DNA of 64,000 bases from Candidatus Babeliales bacterium (GCA_050179755.1 JBFXEV010000001.1:1001994-1065993); one strand, 5' to 3'. Shown: positions 9,420 to 19,295, counted from the first letter of the stretch. Notes: generated by a model not told the origin, from the letters alone. Program-made: numbers and translations.

Positions 9420-10868
9420 GTGAACAACTATGCATTTGCAACTATCAAGGAATTACGAGCAGCCCTTGAAGCCAAAAAGATTACCTCACAAGAACTGCTT
9501 GATTATTACATTGAACGTTTTAAAACATATGATCCTCACGTATTGAGTGCGTTAGAGATTTTTGATAAGCAGTCGGTGTTAGATGCCAGCGCCAAACAAG
9601 GCATGCTTGCAGGTATTCCTGGTCTTATAAAAGACACTATTTGCCAAAAAGATCGCATTGCCTCATGTTCTTCTAAAATTCTAGAAAATTTTGTATCGCC
9701 TTATGATGCAACTGCCGTAGAGCGGTTAAAGCAGCAGGGAGCATTACTTTTAGGTCGCGCAAATTGTGATGAATTTGCGATGGGCAGTTCTGGTGAAACC
9801 TCTGCGTTTCAAAAAACTACTAATCCATGGGATAAAAGCCGCGTACCTGGTGGTTCAAGTTCAGGTTCGGCTGCATGCGTTGCAGCAGGGCTTGTGCCGT
9901 GGTCGCTTGGCACAGAAACCGGTGGTTCGGTGCGTCAGCCTGCCGCATTGTGCGGTATTGTGGGGTTAAAACCTACGTACGGTTTAGTATCGCGCTATGG
10001 TTTAATTGCATATGGATCTTCACTTGATCAAATTGGTATTTTCACGCGCACTGCCTATGATAATGCATTAGTGCTTTCTGCAATGGCAGGGCACGATACG
10101 CATGATTCCACGTCATTGCCAGAGTCACCCAAAGATTATACCAAAGATCTTACGGGTAAGATTAAGCCGGGGCTTACTATTGGTGTGATTGATAATGCGT
10201 TGCATGCAGAAGGTATTGATCCTGAAATTGTGCATTGTATTGAAGATGCAATTAAGGTATATGAAAAGCTTGGCGCAACTATTAAACGCATTACGGTGCC
10301 AACGCTTGATTATGCAGCAGCGGTTTATTTTATTATTAGCCGTGCAGAAGCTGCTTCTAATTTAGCGCGCTTTGATGGCGTGCGCTATGGCTACCGTGAT
10401 AAATCTGCAAAAACACTTGCCCAAATGTATACGCAAACGCGCCAACATGGGTTTGGTGATGAAGTAAAAGCGCGTATTCTAATTGGTAACTATGTGTTAT
10501 CGTCTGGCCATGCCGACGCCTATTACAATAATGCAGAAAAAGTGCGTCGTTTAATGCGCAAAGAGTTTGCCGATCAATTTAAAAATGTTGATCTCATGCT
10601 TGCGCCAGTGCATCCTGCGCCCGCGTTTAAATTTGGGGCGTTTGATAATGATAAATTGCAAATGGACTTGCAAGACTATTTTACCTGTGCAATGAACTTG
10701 GTGGGTATTCCAGCACTTGCGTTTCCGTGCGGTATGAGTTCAAGCAAATTGCCTATTGGCATGCAGCTCATTGGTCCAGAACTTTCTGAAGGGTTGCTCT
10801 TTCAAACAGCCCATGCCTATGAGCAACTAACACCGTGGCATACACAACACCCGGAATCATTTAAATAA
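9420..10868 (+). CDS. gatA: Asp/Glu-tRNA amidotransferase subunit A
   Basis: Amidase signature DEFAMGSS, PGGSSSGSAA, GGSVRQPA, SNLARFDGVRYG. Confidence 0.97.
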   Translation: MNNYAFATIKELRAALEAKKITSQELLDYYIERFKTYDPHVLSALEIFDKQSVLDASAKQGMLAGIPGLIKDTICQKDRIASCSSKILENFVSPYDATAVERLKQQGALLLGRANCDEFAMGSSGETSAFQKTTNPWDKSRVPGGSSSGSAACVAAGLVPWSLGTETGGSVRQPAALCGIVGLKPTYGLVSRYGLIAYGSSLDQIGIFTRTAYDNALVLSAMAGHDTHDSTSLPESPKDYTKDLTGKIKPGLTIGVIDNALHAEGIDPEIVHCIEDAIKVYEKLGATIKRITVPTLDYAAAVYFIISRAEAASNLARFDGVRYGYRDKSAKTLAQMYTQTRQHGFGDEVKARILIGNYVLSSGHADAYYNNAEKVRRLMRKEFADQFKNVDLMLAPVHPAPAFKFGAFDNDKLQMDLQDYFTCAMNLVGIPALAFPCGMSSSKLPIGMQLIGPELSEGLLFQTAHAYEQLTPWHTQHPESFK

Positions 10869-10950
10869 AACCTTTGTGTTATTTGAGCCTCTTTTGCTAC
10901 ACTCTGTGATGTGGAGTGAAGTGTGGAGGCTATAATATAACACAAAGTCT

Positions 10951-11790
10951 ATGAAAAAAGTTGTTGGAGTAATGCTTTTCTTGAGCATGTGCACCTTGCA
11001 TGCTGATCACCCGCATACGCGACTTGTTGAATATCAATGTGATGGTGTGGCTCTATCTCCTCAAAAAAAAACATTTGGCACGTACGTGATGGGTGGGCTT
11101 GCCACTGTTTTTAAGGACGCCATTGCGTTAAACCGTAATTTAATTTCACTAGATACGGTGAAAGTACTCGTGGGCTTTACGCCATTCTATATTAGTTCTC
11201 GTTTTATTGACCAACGTGTGCAAAAACGGTTTTATGATCCTGCACATCACAAAAACATTAATCAAATGCCTTCAACCTTTTGTAAAGTAGTAGAAGAAGG
11301 TGCATTTGGCATTATGATAGGGCTTTCTACACTTACTTTTTTTGGACAATCTGAGCATGCACGTACCACTGGCCGTGTGTTTGGCATTGGCGCAATCTCT
11401 GCATTACTTGGTAAAAAGATTGTGAAAGAATTTAAGTTTGAAGGCGGCAAACGGCCGTGGCATGAAAAATTTAGTTGTAAAAGCCGTTCAGATGGTGGCT
11501 TTCCTTCCGGGCATATGGTAGAAGCTGCGTATAGTGCCACCGTATTTGGCTGGCAATATGGATATAAAGCTGGCATTCCACTTGGCATTTATGCAGGGAT
11601 CATGTTTGGGGTGAGCGTGAATCGTAATCGGCATTATGTTTCTCAAGTGGTTGCAGGCACTGCGGTAGGTATTATATATGGTCTTGCTGCTAATCGCGTG
11701 ATTGATTGCCATATGTGCAAGGACCTGACGTTGAATGTTGGCACTAATGAGCAAGGTTATTCTGAGGTTTGCATTTCTTATAAATTTTAA
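10951..11790 (+). CDS. PAP2-family membrane phosphatase, paralog 1
   Basis: KxxxxxxxxRP, FPSGH, RHYVSQV; signal peptide. Confidence 0.85.
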   Translation: MKKVVGVMLFLSMCTLHADHPHTRLVEYQCDGVALSPQKKTFGTYVMGGLATVFKDAIALNRNLISLDTVKVLVGFTPFYISSRFIDQRVQKRFYDPAHHKNINQMPSTFCKVVEEGAFGIMIGLSTLTFFGQSEHARTTGRVFGIGAISALLGKKIVKEFKFEGGKRPWHEKFSCKSRSDGGFPSGHMVEAAYSATVFGWQYGYKAGIPLGIYAGIMFGVSVNRNRHYVSQVVAGTAVGIIYGLAANRVIDCHMCKDLTLNVGTNEQGYSEVCISYKF

Positions 11791-11851
11791 AGCATATGCT
11801 TTGTTTGTGATTTTTTGATACAGTTAAAATACAAACTTAAGAAGGAGCATA

Positions 11852-12487
11852 ATGGTATTTGAAGATCGCTTTCATGCAGGGCACTTGCTTGCCAAAAAAT
11901 TAGCACAGTACAAAAACAATAAAGATGTGGTGATAATTGCGATCCCCCGTGGCGCGCTTGAAATTGGCTACGTATTAGCAAAAGAATTGCATGCACCACT
12001 TGACGTTGCATTTATCAAAAAAATTTCTGCGCCAGGCCAACCGGAATTTGCAATTGGGGCCGTGAGCATGGATGCTATGGTTATTGCGCCCGAATATGCA
12101 CATATTCCGGGCATACAAGAATATGCTCAACAACAAGCCGCACAAATTCGTGATCTACTTCAAGAACGCAGCATGCTGTATCACCGTGAAGTAAAGCCGC
12201 AAAGTCTGCAAGATAAAACGGTGATTGTGGTTGATGATGGTGTTGCCACTGGGCGCACGCTCCTTTTAACATTAGATCTTATTAAAGAACAAAAACCACA
12301 AAAAATTATTGTAGCATTGCCTGTTGGCCCAAAGCACACGATCGATGCGATTAAACAAAAAGCTGATGAAGTAATATGCGTGCATGTGCCAGAGCAGTTT
12401 CTCTCGGTTGGTCAATTTTATAAAAACTTTGCTCAAGTCCAAGATTATGTGGCAATTGATTTGCTTAAACGAGCAAACGCATCATGA
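11852..12487 (+). CDS. Type I phosphoribosyltransferase family protein
   Basis: FEDRFHAG, IPRGA, PEFAIGA, PRPP loop VIVVDDGVATGRT. Confidence 0.9.
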   Translation: MVFEDRFHAGHLLAKKLAQYKNNKDVVIIAIPRGALEIGYVLAKELHAPLDVAFIKKISAPGQPEFAIGAVSMDAMVIAPEYAHIPGIQEYAQQQAAQIRDLLQERSMLYHREVKPQSLQDKTVIVVDDGVATGRTLLLTLDLIKEQKPQKIIVALPVGPKHTIDAIKQKADEVICVHVPEQFLSVGQFYKNFAQVQDYVAIDLLKRANAS

Positions 12488-13320
12488 TATTTTATATTCC
12501 TTCATCAGAACAACTTGCGCGCGCAATTTCATTACCCAAAGGCCATGCAACATTCAAGCAATTTACCGACGGGGAATGGCACGTGCAGATCCATGATGAG
12601 GTGAAAGGTAAATCAGTCTGGGTGCTTGCGCAAACAGGTGCGCCTGCTGATACTATTATTCAATTATTATTGCTATGTGATGCGTTGCAACGAGCCGGCG
12701 CCACTCTCAATATATTTTTATCATACATGGGCTATGCGCGGCAAGATAAACTGTTTGCAGGCCAAGCCTTGAGCGTGGAAGTTATGTGCAAGCTGATTGC
12801 ACTTTCTCAACCAAAAAGTCTTCATGCATTGCAATTGCATAATCCTGCAATATGCTCATCATTATTTACCAATCATATTCCCTATCCTTTTTTTGATGAA
12901 TGTATAGGCGACAACGATATTGTGGTAGCGCCTGATAAAGGAGCGGCTTTATGGGCAGGGCCCATTGCTGCAAATCACATGCGCCAACTGGTGCGTATTG
13001 AAAAGCAACGGCCTGCGCCCGAACGCGTTATCATGCAATTATCGGGTGACGTGTGTGGCAAACGAGCGCTTATTGTTGATGATATGATTACAACGGGTAA
13101 CACTATTTTGGAGGCTGCACGCGTGCTTTTTGAGCATGGCGCCGTGAGTGTGCAAGTTGCATGTACGCATGGTTTGTTTACAGGTGATGCAAAAAAGAAT
13201 TTGCTGCAAAGCACTATTCAAAAAATATATGTTACAAATAGCTTGCCACAAGAGCATGCGCACGATAAAATTACCGTGGTAGATATTGCGCCCTTTATTA
13301 ATGAAATACTAAAAGAGTGA
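12484..13320 (+). CDS. prs: Ribose-phosphate pyrophosphokinase
   Basis: FTDGE, YMGYARQDK, VVAPDKGA, IVDDMITTGNT, THGLF; ATGA overlap with the PRT gene. Confidence 0.9.
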   Translation: MIFYIPSSEQLARAISLPKGHATFKQFTDGEWHVQIHDEVKGKSVWVLAQTGAPADTIIQLLLLCDALQRAGATLNIFLSYMGYARQDKLFAGQALSVEVMCKLIALSQPKSLHALQLHNPAICSSLFTNHIPYPFFDECIGDNDIVVAPDKGAALWAGPIAANHMRQLVRIEKQRPAPERVIMQLSGDVCGKRALIVDDMITTGNTILEAARVLFEHGAVSVQVACTHGLFTGDAKKNLLQSTIQKIYVTNSLPQEHAHDKITVVDIAPFINEILKE

Positions 13321-13335
13321 TAGTACAAAATCAAC

Positions 13336-14133
13336 ATGAACAGAAAATGGTTGCTTCTTGGTATAAGTTTATTTATGAGCTCGCGAGCGTTCGCAGTCAT
13401 TCGGCCAGATGCAAGCATTCCTAATAAAGTAGGTAATTTCTTCCGTGATATAGTAAAAGATGCCATTCGTTTGCATGTCAATTTATTCTCGGTAGATTCA
13501 GCCAAAGTTGTAGCAGGAGTTACACCGTTTTATATATCAACACGTTTTATTGATGAAAAAATTCAATGCAACTTCTATGATCCTGCATGCCACAAAAATG
13601 TGTGCCAGTTTCCTAATGCTGCGCATACCATGGCCAAATGCAGTGTTGCCGTGCCCATGATAGTGTTATCAACCGCCTATTTGTGGGGATGGAATGAAGA
13701 TATTCGTTACACGGGGTGGATGACTGCTGTTGCACTTCCGTTTGTGCAGTCGGGCAAAGACATAATTAAAAAAGCGCGCACTAAAGCATGCTTGCGCCCT
13801 TGGAATGAACATTTTAGCAAGCACGAGCGTTCCTCTGGCGGATTTCCCTCGGGCCATATGGCAAACGTTGCATTTTTGACTACGTTATGGGGCATGCGGC
13901 ATGGCCCAAAATGGGCCGTACCTATTGCATTAGTTGGGACGTTTGTGGCAGCTGATTTTGTAAATTGCAATCGGCATTATGTTTCGCAATTAGTTGCTGG
14001 CATTGGTCTTGGTGTGATTTATGGATTTGCAGCATCTAAAGTGGTGGATTGTAAGTTGCAAGAGCATTGGAGTGTAAATGTTTGTGCGGACAAGCAGGGT
14101 GAGCCCTGCTTGCAAATTGGGTATAAGTTTTAG
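13336..14133 (+). CDS. PAP2-family membrane phosphatase, paralog 2
   Basis: RPWNEHFS, GGFPSGHM, NRHYVSQLVAG; paralog of 10951-11790. Confidence 0.85.
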   Translation: MNRKWLLLGISLFMSSRAFAVIRPDASIPNKVGNFFRDIVKDAIRLHVNLFSVDSAKVVAGVTPFYISTRFIDEKIQCNFYDPACHKNVCQFPNAAHTMAKCSVAVPMIVLSTAYLWGWNEDIRYTGWMTAVALPFVQSGKDIIKKARTKACLRPWNEHFSKHERSSGGFPSGHMANVAFLTTLWGMRHGPKWAVPIALVGTFVAADFVNCNRHYVSQLVAGIGLGVIYGFAASKVVDCKLQEHWSVNVCADKQGEPCLQIGYKF

Positions 14134-14137
14134 TTGA

Positions 14138-14300
14138 TTACGATTTTGAACTTGTTTTTTGTTGCGTATCATACATTGCTCGCAATTCATTATAGAGCGA
14201 GTGCGCATTATCAAGTTAGGTAAATTTTCCATTTTTTTCAAAGGCTACAAATGATTTTGAGTCAAATTCATGGCCGCCACTCCAGGAATATGTGTACTTT
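14138..14300 (-). pseudogene. Degraded member of the small secreted protein family at 15360-17151
   Basis: Hand translation ...SFVAFEKNGKFT*LDNAHSLYNELRAMYDTQQKTSSKS*, similar to IRAFEKTG...LETIYNQVKHAYELQ of 15767-16108; internal TAA at 14216-14218. Confidence 0.55.
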
Positions 14301-14357
14301 CATATAATAATCAAGATATAAAGCATTGTTAATGAGCGTAGTCAGAAACAATCGTCA

Positions 14358-15275
14358 TTAGCTTGCCGGTTCGAGTAATTCCAGTAATGTTTCTAAAGCA
14401 AGAGCATCGTGATAACTTTCTGTGATCATATCCTTGTAAAAGGCAATGCACTCTTTTAGGGAAAGATGATCGTAAGGAATGTGCGCCATGTTTGCAAGAG
14501 CAACCAGTTCATCTAGCCTTATATGTAATTTCTTTGGAGGAAATTGTGTAATGAGTTTGCAAAGCATTTTTCTATACATTTCGAGCGCTTCAAGTTCTGG
14601 AGCGGTGAATTGATGGCGGTTATCACGATGGAGTCGTAATAATTGGCATATTGCTTCTTTACAGAGATTTTGGCCATAAGCATTTGCCATATCAATACCG
14701 CAAAAACTATTGGTTATTTCATCATAAAATAAATTGGTGCGCGCACGGTCGTTATTGCCAATAAACGTATCAAAAGCAACAAGAGCAGGAAGTTGCGGAT
14801 GCAAAGCCATATGCTCAATGGCGGTAGCGGTAAGTCCTCTCCATTTGAGCGATAACATGCCCTCTTTTTTCCATAACCAACCACCAATTGCGCGGTAGCG
14901 TTGCTGAATTTCTAATTCATTAAATTGCTTTGATTCAGTCAGCATAACGCCTTGCGCAAAAGTGTGTAGTGTTGCTGGCAAATGATGCCACTGTTTGCCC
15001 ACATGATCTTGAAAAGCGGGTATCAAGGTGATTTTATTGCAGGGGATTCCCGCTTGCGCAGCTATTTCTGCTGTTAGACAATCCATTATTAATAAGAATT
15101 GCTGTTTTAGATCTTCTTCAAGTACTTGTTTAATTACATAATTATTGGCATGTTCATCGCGGATAAAGGTAATACGACTATACGGTTCGTTATGGCAAGA
15201 AAGAATTTTAAATTCGATTGCGTGCATAGTAAAATTGAGCATTAGTGAGAGAAGTAAAACAATGTTGTAGTGCAT
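14358..15275 (-). CDS. Secreted HipA / PI3-PI4-kinase-like atypical kinase
   Basis: Signal peptide; YVIK, FDTFIGNNDRARTNLF, GIDMA. Confidence 0.7.
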   Translation of the reverse strand: MHYNIVLLLSLMLNFTMHAIEFKILSCHNEPYSRITFIRDEHANNYVIKQVLEEDLKQQFLLIMDCLTAEIAAQAGIPCNKITLIPAFQDHVGKQWHHLPATLHTFAQGVMLTESKQFNELEIQQRYRAIGGWLWKKEGMLSLKWRGLTATAIEHMALHPQLPALVAFDTFIGNNDRARTNLFYDEITNSFCGIDMANAYGQNLCKEAICQLLRLHRDNRHQFTAPELEALEMYRKMLCKLITQFPPKKLHIRLDELVALANMAHIPYDHLSLKECIAFYKDMITESYHDALALETLLELLEPAS

Positions 15276-15359
15276 AAGCTGATTTATTTCTTGAATTTAT
15301 AGTGTTATGTATTTTATTGCAGGCTCGTGTTGTGCATGCATTACGCAAGTTGGCAACAA

Positions 15360-15767
15360 TTAATAAATATCCGGAAAATGTGATTTTTCTTGAAACGCCG
15401 TTTGAAGCATAATAAAAACTTTTTCTGCGTCAGTAAGCACAACCACATTCTTTCCCATTTTTCTACTGGTTTTTATATCTAGCGCTGTGGTATGCCGTGC
15501 TGCCTCGTAACGGTGCGTAATTTTATTATCCTCAACGATTGGTTGACTCATAGCAGTTATGGTAGATCCTTTGGCAACTTCTGCTTGATAAAAAGTACGA
15601 TTAGCAATTGTCCACGTAGTGACATCTTTAATATATTCAATGCCTGTTTGTGCGGGATTAGCTTGCGCAGCATTCGATTGTGGGTCCATAGCGAGCAGGT
15701 GGCTGCTTGAAATAATACTTGCTATAAAAAGAAGATATGTAGATAATGTGAAAAAATGTTGTAGCAT
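15360..15767 (-). CDS. Small secreted protein (array member)
   Basis: Signal peptide ending LLA-MDP; C-terminal helix AEKVFIMLQTAF. Confidence 0.75.
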   Translation of the reverse strand: MLQHFFTLSTYLLFIASIISSSHLLAMDPQSNAAQANPAQTGIEYIKDVTTWTIANRTFYQAEVAKGSTITAMSQPIVEDNKITHRYEAARHTTALDIKTSRKMGKNVVVLTDAEKVFIMLQTAFQEKSHFPDIY

Positions 15768-16108
15768 TAGGTACCCTTTTGTTGCGCACTTTTGGCTGCT
15801 TCTTGCAGCTCATATGCATGTTTAACTTGATTATAAATTGTTTCTAAGCGTTCTTGCTCTATAGCAATTGTCGCATTATTACCTGTTTTTTCAAATGCAC
15901 GAATGTCCTTGAGTTCCGTGTCATAAAACACTGTGTACAATTTTAAACCATCTTTAGAAGGTCCTCTATATATGGGTTTTGTTTCAGTACCCCATTTAAC
16001 ATAGAGTTCTTTGTTAGCAGGGCCAGTTTTTTCCATTGCAAAGCTTGTAGCATTTTGAAGTCCAATCAAAAAAGTAATGGTGAGCGTATTGATAGTATTT
16101 TTTAGCAT
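15767..16108 (-). CDS. Small secreted protein (array member)
   Basis: Signal peptide ending SFA-MEK; C-terminal helix LETIYNQVKHAY. Confidence 0.75.
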   Translation of the reverse strand: MLKNTINTLTITFLIGLQNATSFAMEKTGPANKELYVKWGTETKPIYRGPSKDGLKLYTVFYDTELKDIRAFEKTGNNATIAIEQERLETIYNQVKHAYELQEAAKSAQQKGT

Positions 16109-16137
16109 TATTGAGCTTTCTCTAGTAAAATCGCTAT

Positions 16138-16461
16138 TTATTTTGGTGTTGTGTTGTTATTCATTGCTTGTTGGGTTGTATGTTTATTTTTAAGCAGAGT
16201 AAAAAGTTCTTCAGCGCCAACTAAAGTTATTACTCTTGGCTGACCATCATGACTTGTTTCTTCTCCAGCAAAATAGATTTGCCTTTCTTTATGATACTGT
16301 GCGTATATAACATGGTTAGGATTTACAGCTGAATAATAGGCTAGAACTGTCTTGCAATCAAATGTATATACTTTAGCATTCTCCATTGCCAATGTATGGT
16401 TGCCTGAAATAATACTGACTGCAAGAAGAATAAAGTTAAAAGCTATAAGTTTTTTTAACAT
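16138..16461 (-). CDS. Small secreted protein (array member)
   Basis: Start placed at MLKKL; signal peptide ending TLA-MEN; AEELFTLLKNKH. Confidence 0.72.
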   Translation of the reverse strand: MLKKLIAFNFILLAVSIISGNHTLAMENAKVYTFDCKTVLAYYSAVNPNHVIYAQYHKERQIYFAGEETSHDGQPRVITLVGAEELFTLLKNKHTTQQAMNNNTTPK

Positions 16462-16480
16462 TGTATTGATTTTTCTTTGA

Positions 16481-16825
16481 TTATTTTTCAGAAACATTAT
16501 CGCCATGACTAATCACTAATGATTTGCGTTGTAACATATAAGCAAGTTTTAATTGTTCAAATTTCTTCTTTGCAGCGCTCTCGGGGTATTCTGTTTCTAA
16601 TATATCACCATCTGCGCATACACCGCGATAGGTGGCGCAATATTTGCCGGTTGCCTTATTGAATGAAGCTACTTCAGAATCTCTTTGATCGGTAGTTGGG
16701 CCTGTGTATGTTTCAATTTGTTTGTCGGCATCAAAAGTAAACGTGTGCATTGCATGCGCAGAATGTATCATGATAATGCTCATGATGAGTGCTGCATAGC
16801 TTACATGTTGTTTAATTTTTTTCAT
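16481..16825 (-). CDS. Small secreted protein (array member)
   Basis: Signal peptide ending AHA-MHT; FNKATGKYCA; AKKKFEQLKLAY. Confidence 0.75.
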   Translation of the reverse strand: MKKIKQHVSYAALIMSIIMIHSAHAMHTFTFDADKQIETYTGPTTDQRDSEVASFNKATGKYCATYRGVCADGDILETEYPESAAKKKFEQLKLAYMLQRKSLVISHGDNVSEK

Positions 16826-16869
16826 TGTAGGTGTAGCATTCTTTCTAAGTGTTGAACACTGGTAACGTG

Positions 16870-17151
16870 TTATTTTTTTGTTTTTTCTTGCTTTGCATGA
16901 TCTTGCGCTAATTGATGATACACTGATTTGGGGCTTGCATAGTAAGCTACCGTATCAGAGCCTATATGGCAAGCAGCGTAGTTTCCCGTATGAGGATTAT
17001 ACGTGGTTACTACACGTCCTTTAGAATCTGGTATTGAATAGGTAATGGTGTCGTCTTTAGTCTCTTTGGTAATAGTACGCTTCATTGCAAACAAAGATGC
17101 ATTGCTGGTGAGGATGCAAAGTATTAGTACATATTTTATGTGATGTATCAT
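16870..17151 (-). CDS. Small secreted protein (array member)
   Basis: Signal peptide ending LFA-MKR; YNPHTGNYAA; PKSVYHQLAQDH. Confidence 0.72.
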   Translation of the reverse strand: MIHHIKYVLILCILTSNASLFAMKRTITKETKDDTITYSIPDSKGRVVTTYNPHTGNYAACHIGSDTVAYYASPKSVYHQLAQDHAKQEKTKK

Positions 17152-17460
17152 TAATGTTCCTTTTGGCGGTATGGTATGTTTAATTACTAATCTTTCTTAT
17201 GTCTTTTTGTATCACCCTGGTGAATTTCATCATAGAAGAGCTTTCTTTAAAGTGTAAAAATGCTTACCGATCGCACCTAGTATAGCATGAGCGGTATAAA
17301 GTAACTATGCACCACTCACCTGGTTATGTAGTATATCACTTGGCTCGAGCGAGTGCATATATATAACACATAATACCTTTAAATATTGCTTTACTTTAGG
17401 GCTTTTTGGCATACTTAGGGTAAGTCAGGTCTAGATCCCTGCCCTGATTGTGAGGTTATC

Positions 17461-18363
17461 ATGAAATCAATATGGAGCGGCACGATATCCTTTGGGTTAG
17501 TGCAAATCCCTATTCAATTGCTTTCCGCCATACAAGCCCATAGATTTGGTTTTAAGATATTGCATAGTATGTGCAATACACCACTTTCTTATGAGCGCTG
17601 GTGCCCGCATTGCAATAAAAAAGTTGCGTGGGACGATGCCGTTAAAGGCTTGCCCACCGGCGAAGGGTCTTACTATGTGTTCTCTCAAGAAGATATTAAA
17701 GAACTCAAGCCAGAGCGCACTGATACTATTGATATTATTTCGTTTGTAAATCGTGATCTGGTGCCTGATATTTATTTGGATTCCCATTTCTATATTGCAC
17801 CCGATAGAAAATCGTCAAAATCATTCTTTTTATTTATGCAAGCTTTGGCCGATACCGGCCTGGTTGCTATTGGCAGGTTTGTAATGCGTGATAAAGATTA
17901 TATGTGCCTTATTGAACCCTATGAAGATGGTTTATTGTTAACCACGCTTAATTATGACTATGAAATACGGCCGCTTGAAGATGTGCCAGCGCTTAAAAAA
18001 GCGCCAAAACTAACGCAAAGTGAAGTTAATTTGGCAAAGCAGCTTATCAAGCAAATGACCAAAAAGAAGTTTGATATTAGTAAATATAAAGACACATTTG
18101 TTGAGCAGCTTAGAAAAGAATTAAAATCTAAAAAACGCACTGCCCCCAAAGGCACGCGTAAAACAAAATTAAAAGTGCCGGAACGGCATAAAGAAGATCT
18201 TATTACGGCACTTAAAGGGAGCTTGCAAGCGCCAGCGCGTGAACGCTCAGCAGCGTATGCAAAGAGATCTACTAAGACTGTTGCAAAACGCGCTCCTGCA
18301 AAACGTGTAATGCGTAAGAAAGTTACTAAAACTTCTCCAAAACGCAGAAAGGTGCGCTCATGA
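17461..18363 (+). CDS. ku: NHEJ protein Ku with a basic C-terminal tail
   Basis: MKSIWSGTISFGLVQIPI, GRFVMRDK, LAKQLI, YKDTF; K/R-rich tail. Confidence 0.95.
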   Translation: MKSIWSGTISFGLVQIPIQLLSAIQAHRFGFKILHSMCNTPLSYERWCPHCNKKVAWDDAVKGLPTGEGSYYVFSQEDIKELKPERTDTIDIISFVNRDLVPDIYLDSHFYIAPDRKSSKSFFLFMQALADTGLVAIGRFVMRDKDYMCLIEPYEDGLLLTTLNYDYEIRPLEDVPALKKAPKLTQSEVNLAKQLIKQMTKKKFDISKYKDTFVEQLRKELKSKKRTAPKGTRKTKLKVPERHKEDLITALKGSLQAPARERSAAYAKRSTKTVAKRAPAKRVMRKKVTKTSPKRRKVRS

Positions 18364-19295
18364 AAAAATACGCACCAATGCTTGCCGAGATTGGATCGCA
18401 AGATGATCTTGCAAGAAAAGATTTAATTTTTGAGCCTAAGCTCGATGGTTATCGCGTGATAGTGCATGTTGGCAAAACGTTTGAATTGATTTCCCGCAAT
18501 GGTAACGATATGACCATGCAGTTTCCGGAACTTGAGAGCGTGCAAGATGCCATAAAAGCAGATTCATGCGTGCTTGATGGCGAGCTTGTGTGCTATGATA
18601 AAGAGGGCAACCCTAGTTTTGATTTGATTCAAGGCCGTAGCCAACTTGGCAGCCGCATGATTATTCATATTCGAGCAGCGGAATCGCCAGCAACCATTGT
18701 GCTTTTTGATGTGCTTGAATATAATGGCAAATCAATGCTTGATACGCCACTTATTGAACGCAAGAAATTGTTAGATAAAATTATTCTCAAATCTGATCGC
18801 ATGGTAACCGTGCCTTACACTACTGACGGCAAAAAAATGTGGAAAGAAATTACAAAGCGTGATACTGAAGGCGTGATTGCAAAAGAGGCAAAAAGTCATT
18901 ATTATCCGGGCAAGCGCAAAGATGTATGGCTTAAGATTAAGCACTATGAAACTGCAGATTGTGTGGTTATTGGTTATACACAAGAGCGCAGGTTAATATC
19001 GTCACTTAGTTTAGGCATGTATGATAAAAAAGGTGAATTAGTTTCTGTGGGGTCGGTGGGTACCGGGTTCACTGAAGCGGTGCAAAAAGAATTGTATAAA
19101 AAGTTATATCCGTTGCATGGCAAGATTACGCTTGATGGTAGAGCTAAAATTGCGGGGATTAAATGGGTGAATCCGGTGTTAGTGGTGGAGGTTAAGTTTT
19201 TAGAGTTTACTAAAGATAAGAAGTTGAGGCATGTTAGTTTTTTAAGAATTAGGACTGATAAAAAAGCTGATGAATGTGTTTTCCCGTCTAAATAA
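18360..19295 (+). CDS. ligD: NHEJ ATP-dependent DNA ligase (LigD ligase domain only)
   Basis: PMLA, FEPKLDGYR, EGVIAK, YYPGKR..WLKIK, VGSVGTGF, LRHVSF; ATGA overlap with ku. Confidence 0.88.
   Translation: MKKYAPMLAEIGSQDDLARKDLIFEPKLDGYRVIVHVGKTFELISRNGNDMTMQFPELESVQDAIKADSCVLDGELVCYDKEGNPSFDLIQGRSQLGSRMIIHIRAAESPATIVLFDVLEYNGKSMLDTPLIERKKLLDKIILKSDRMVTVPYTTDGKKMWKEITKRDTEGVIAKEAKSHYYPGKRKDVWLKIKHYETADCVVIGYTQERRLISSLSLGMYDKKGELVSVGSVGTGFTEAVQKELYKKLYPLHGKITLDGRAKIAGIKWVNPVLVVEVKFLEFTKDKKLRHVSFLRIRTDKKADECVFPSK

Noticed and set aside
9121..10868. gatB missing beside gatCA (also secF beside secD, and mreB/mreD beside mreC)
   Set aside because: Split operons are common; absence cannot be judged from one window.
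17958..18401. 147-aa ORF antisense to ku
   Set aside because: Shadow of the K/R/A-rich Ku tail; no independent signal.
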